Below, one piece after another: positions 58,124 to 60,724 of a stretch of DNA of 60,724 nt; within the stretch, counting starts at the first letter, position 1; each line of letters begins with the position of its first letter. The notes beneath the pieces are model-generated. The model was not told the origin of the DNA, did no database searches, and saw only the letters and a program-made list of their open reading frames with translations. The position numbers and the translations under genes are program-made. Source of the stretch: Neocallimastix sp. 'constans' (Eukaryota). The stretch lies in assembly GCA_050613775.1 (NCBI GenBank), contig JBODTK010000125.1, positions 434,001-494,724 on the forward strand. The letters are read 5' to 3'.

Positions 58124-60210
58124 CTAACTATTGGTAATAAAACATATTGACATTTGATTTTTTGAATTCTTTTTGGATAGAGTATCTAAATATATATATA
58201 TATATATAATATAAAATAATAAATAATCATAAAAAAATAATTTTATTAACATTTTATAAAAATAAATATATTGATTTATAATTATCTTAAATTATTGTTA
58301 TTATTATTTTACCTCTATTATTAATTATTTCTATTTTATTATCAATATAATTATCATTATAATAATAATTATTATAATTATTATAATTTCCATTTTTATT
58401 ATAATTACTATTATTATTGTCATTTTTATAGGTATGATTAGGATTAATTTCATGATGTAATGAATAATCATTTCTATTCAAATTTCCAAACTTTATTTGA
58501 TTATTAGGTGATTCTACCATAGTATTATTATTGAAATTTTTAATATTGATTCTATTTTTTTCTTCCTTTGGAATGAATGAATTTTTTCTATAGTTGTTAT
58601 AGTCATGATTACTTTCAGAATTTGAATATAAAGAAGTTGTATTTCTTTTGTTAATATAAATATTATTTTCAATAAAATTATCTAATTTCTTCAAGGGTGC
58701 TAAGGTATTTTGATTATACCATGATTTTTTTTCATTATTATTATGATAGGTATTATCTGAAAGTTCTTCTTTATTATCATTGATATTAAATAATGTACTA
58801 CTACTATCACTTGAATTATTACTTCTATCATTAAACAATGAAGCATTTTTAAAATTATCTACTTTTTCATCTATTTTGTATTTATAAGAATATGGATAAT
58901 TACTTTTTGACTCTATTTCTTCATCCTTAGAATATTTAAATTCATTATTTAAATCATGATATTTGTATTTATATTTTTCTTGAGTAAATGTTTTAACAGG
59001 AGGATCTTTATTTCTATTATATGGTGAGTTGTTAGAAAATAAATATGGTGAATTATAATTATATGGAATTGAATCAATATTATTTCTTGAATTAGCTATT
59101 TCTTTAGAATGAATTGATATATTATCATTATTATTATTTCCAGAACCTATATATTCTCTGTTATCATTACTGTTCACCTTAATTTTATCATTATTATCAT
59201 TATTATAGGGTAATTTAAAACTTTTAGAATATAAATTTCTGTTATCTTGATATTTATTGTCATAAATAATCTTATGCTTTACATTATCACTACTAAAACT
59301 ATGACTGTCATGATTAGTATCAATGTAATTTTGATTAATAGTATTACTATGACTAACATTTTGAAACTCACCATTTTGATATATAAATGGTTCAGTATTT
59401 AATGATTTTGAACTGGTATAATTATTATTAAAATTATTTATTAAATGACCATTATCATCATCCTTATATTTTTTCGATATATTATTTAATGAATAATTTA
59501 AAAAATATTTTTTGTTAGAATTATTATAATCAATATCATTATTAGTTTTTAATGAGGAATGACTTACTGATGAAATCGTATGAGAAGATATAGGATTGTC
59601 TTTATAATAATTGTTACTATTATTATATATTATTTTATTTTTAGGATTATTAAAATCATCATATTTAGATTCCATCTCATAATTTCTATTCATTTGATGT
59701 TCTTCATAATGTATATTTGAAGATTTATCATTATATTCATTAATTAAACTATTATCAAATCTATTGAAATTTGAATTATTATTATTACTACTATTACTAT
59801 TACTATTACTATTACTATTACTATTACTATTATTATTACTATTACTATTATTATTATTAATTGAATAGTTTGATGGAATATTATTTTCTGTATGTTCATT
59901 ATTCGATTTATATATACAATGATTGACATGATTTTGAAATGTAGGATTCATTGGATATGGAATACCTGGATAATTCGCTATAACTGAACTATTATTGATT
60001 AAAAGATTATTCTTTTTTTCATTAGGTTTTCGTATTTTCTTCTTTTTTAAAATTCCATTTCTTTGAGGTTGCCTTTGCTTTTGTAAGTGTAATTGTTCAT
60101 GACGTTTTAAACCATCTCTTCTAGAAAAACGTTTATTACAATTAAAAAATGAACATTTGTATGGTTTTTCTCCCGAATGAATTCTTAAATGCCTAATTAA
60201 ATGTTCACAT
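58124..60210 (-). CDS. C2H2 zinc-finger transcription factor with long Asn-rich region (5' exon(s) outside the window)
   Basis: Exon 60210-58313 starts (R)CEHLIRHLRIHSGEKPYKCSFFNCNKRFSRRDGLKRHEQLH and runs through the 554-aa ORF. A GT-AG intron follows, then terminal exon 58185-58124 (DTLSKKNSKNQMSICFITNS*). Confidence 0.85.
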
Positions 60211-60454
60211 CTTTTAATATTATTTTAATAACAGATATTTTTTAATATTATTGAAAAAAATTGTTAGTTAATAATTAATAAGTATATAAATGAACGATAA
60301 AATTTATGAATAAAATAATAATGAAATTATTAAATATAAAAGAGTTAAGGGGGAAAAAATAAAAAATAAAAAATAAAATAAAATAAAAATATAATATAAT
60401 ATAATATAATATAATATAATATAATAATAAATAAAATAAATTACATTAAAATAA

Positions 60455-60724
60455 AATGAAATAAAATTAATAGTAGAAATATGAATATAAAGTACATATT
60501 GAGTAAAATAAAATAAAATAAAATAAAATAAAATTAATAGTAGAAATATGAATATAAAGTACATATTGAGTAAAATAAAATAAAATAAAATAAAATAAAA
60601 TTAATAGTAGAAATATGAATATAAAGTACATATTGAGTAAAATAAAATAAAATAAAATAAAATAAAATAAAATAAAATAAAATTAATAGTAGAAATATGA
60701 ATATAAAGTACATATTGAGTAAAA
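60455..60724. repeat. Intronic minisatellite: (AAAAT)n plus TAATAGTAGAAATATGAATATAAAGTACATATTGAGT x4
   Basis: Four identical 37-bp cores are separated by variable pentamer runs. Confidence 0.95.

Noticed and set aside
60455..60724. CRISPR-like 37-bp repeats
   Set aside because: The spacers are only (AAAAT)n, so this is an intronic minisatellite.

Overview
This is a very AT-rich eukaryotic window with GT-AG introns, long homopolymers and microsatellites. The composition, the SBP-7TM receptor and the TE families suggest an anaerobic gut fungus (Neocallimastigomycota); that assignment is inference. Host genes are the acidic 3' end of a CDS (1-495), an intronless ABCA-like half transporter with a degenerate ATPase site (16134-17732, -), a divergent pair consisting of a membrane-anchored solute-binding-protein gene (probably damaged) and a 5-exon SBP-7TM class-C-GPCR-like gene (44924-53644), and a two-finger C2H2 transcription factor (58124->60210, -). 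The rest is mostly transposable elements: a Copia relic and nested APE-type LINE fragments (2-15 kb), a second Copia relic (22-24 kb), a MULE relic, and a nested stack at 27.1-42.5 kb. The stack is a putative MITE containing a non-coding Copia-type LTR element A (TSD ATTAT), which contains chromoviral Ty3/gypsy element B (TSD GGTAA), which contains Ty3/gypsy element C (TSD TTTTT). The best leads are three. B's LTRs carry a tRNA-like Pol III A/B-box module. Chromodomain-less C inserted about 16 bp upstream of that module's inferred +1, which matches the Ty3 geometry. B and C both lack tRNA primer-binding sites and show Tf1-type self-priming complementarity. All coordinates and alignments were read by eye.
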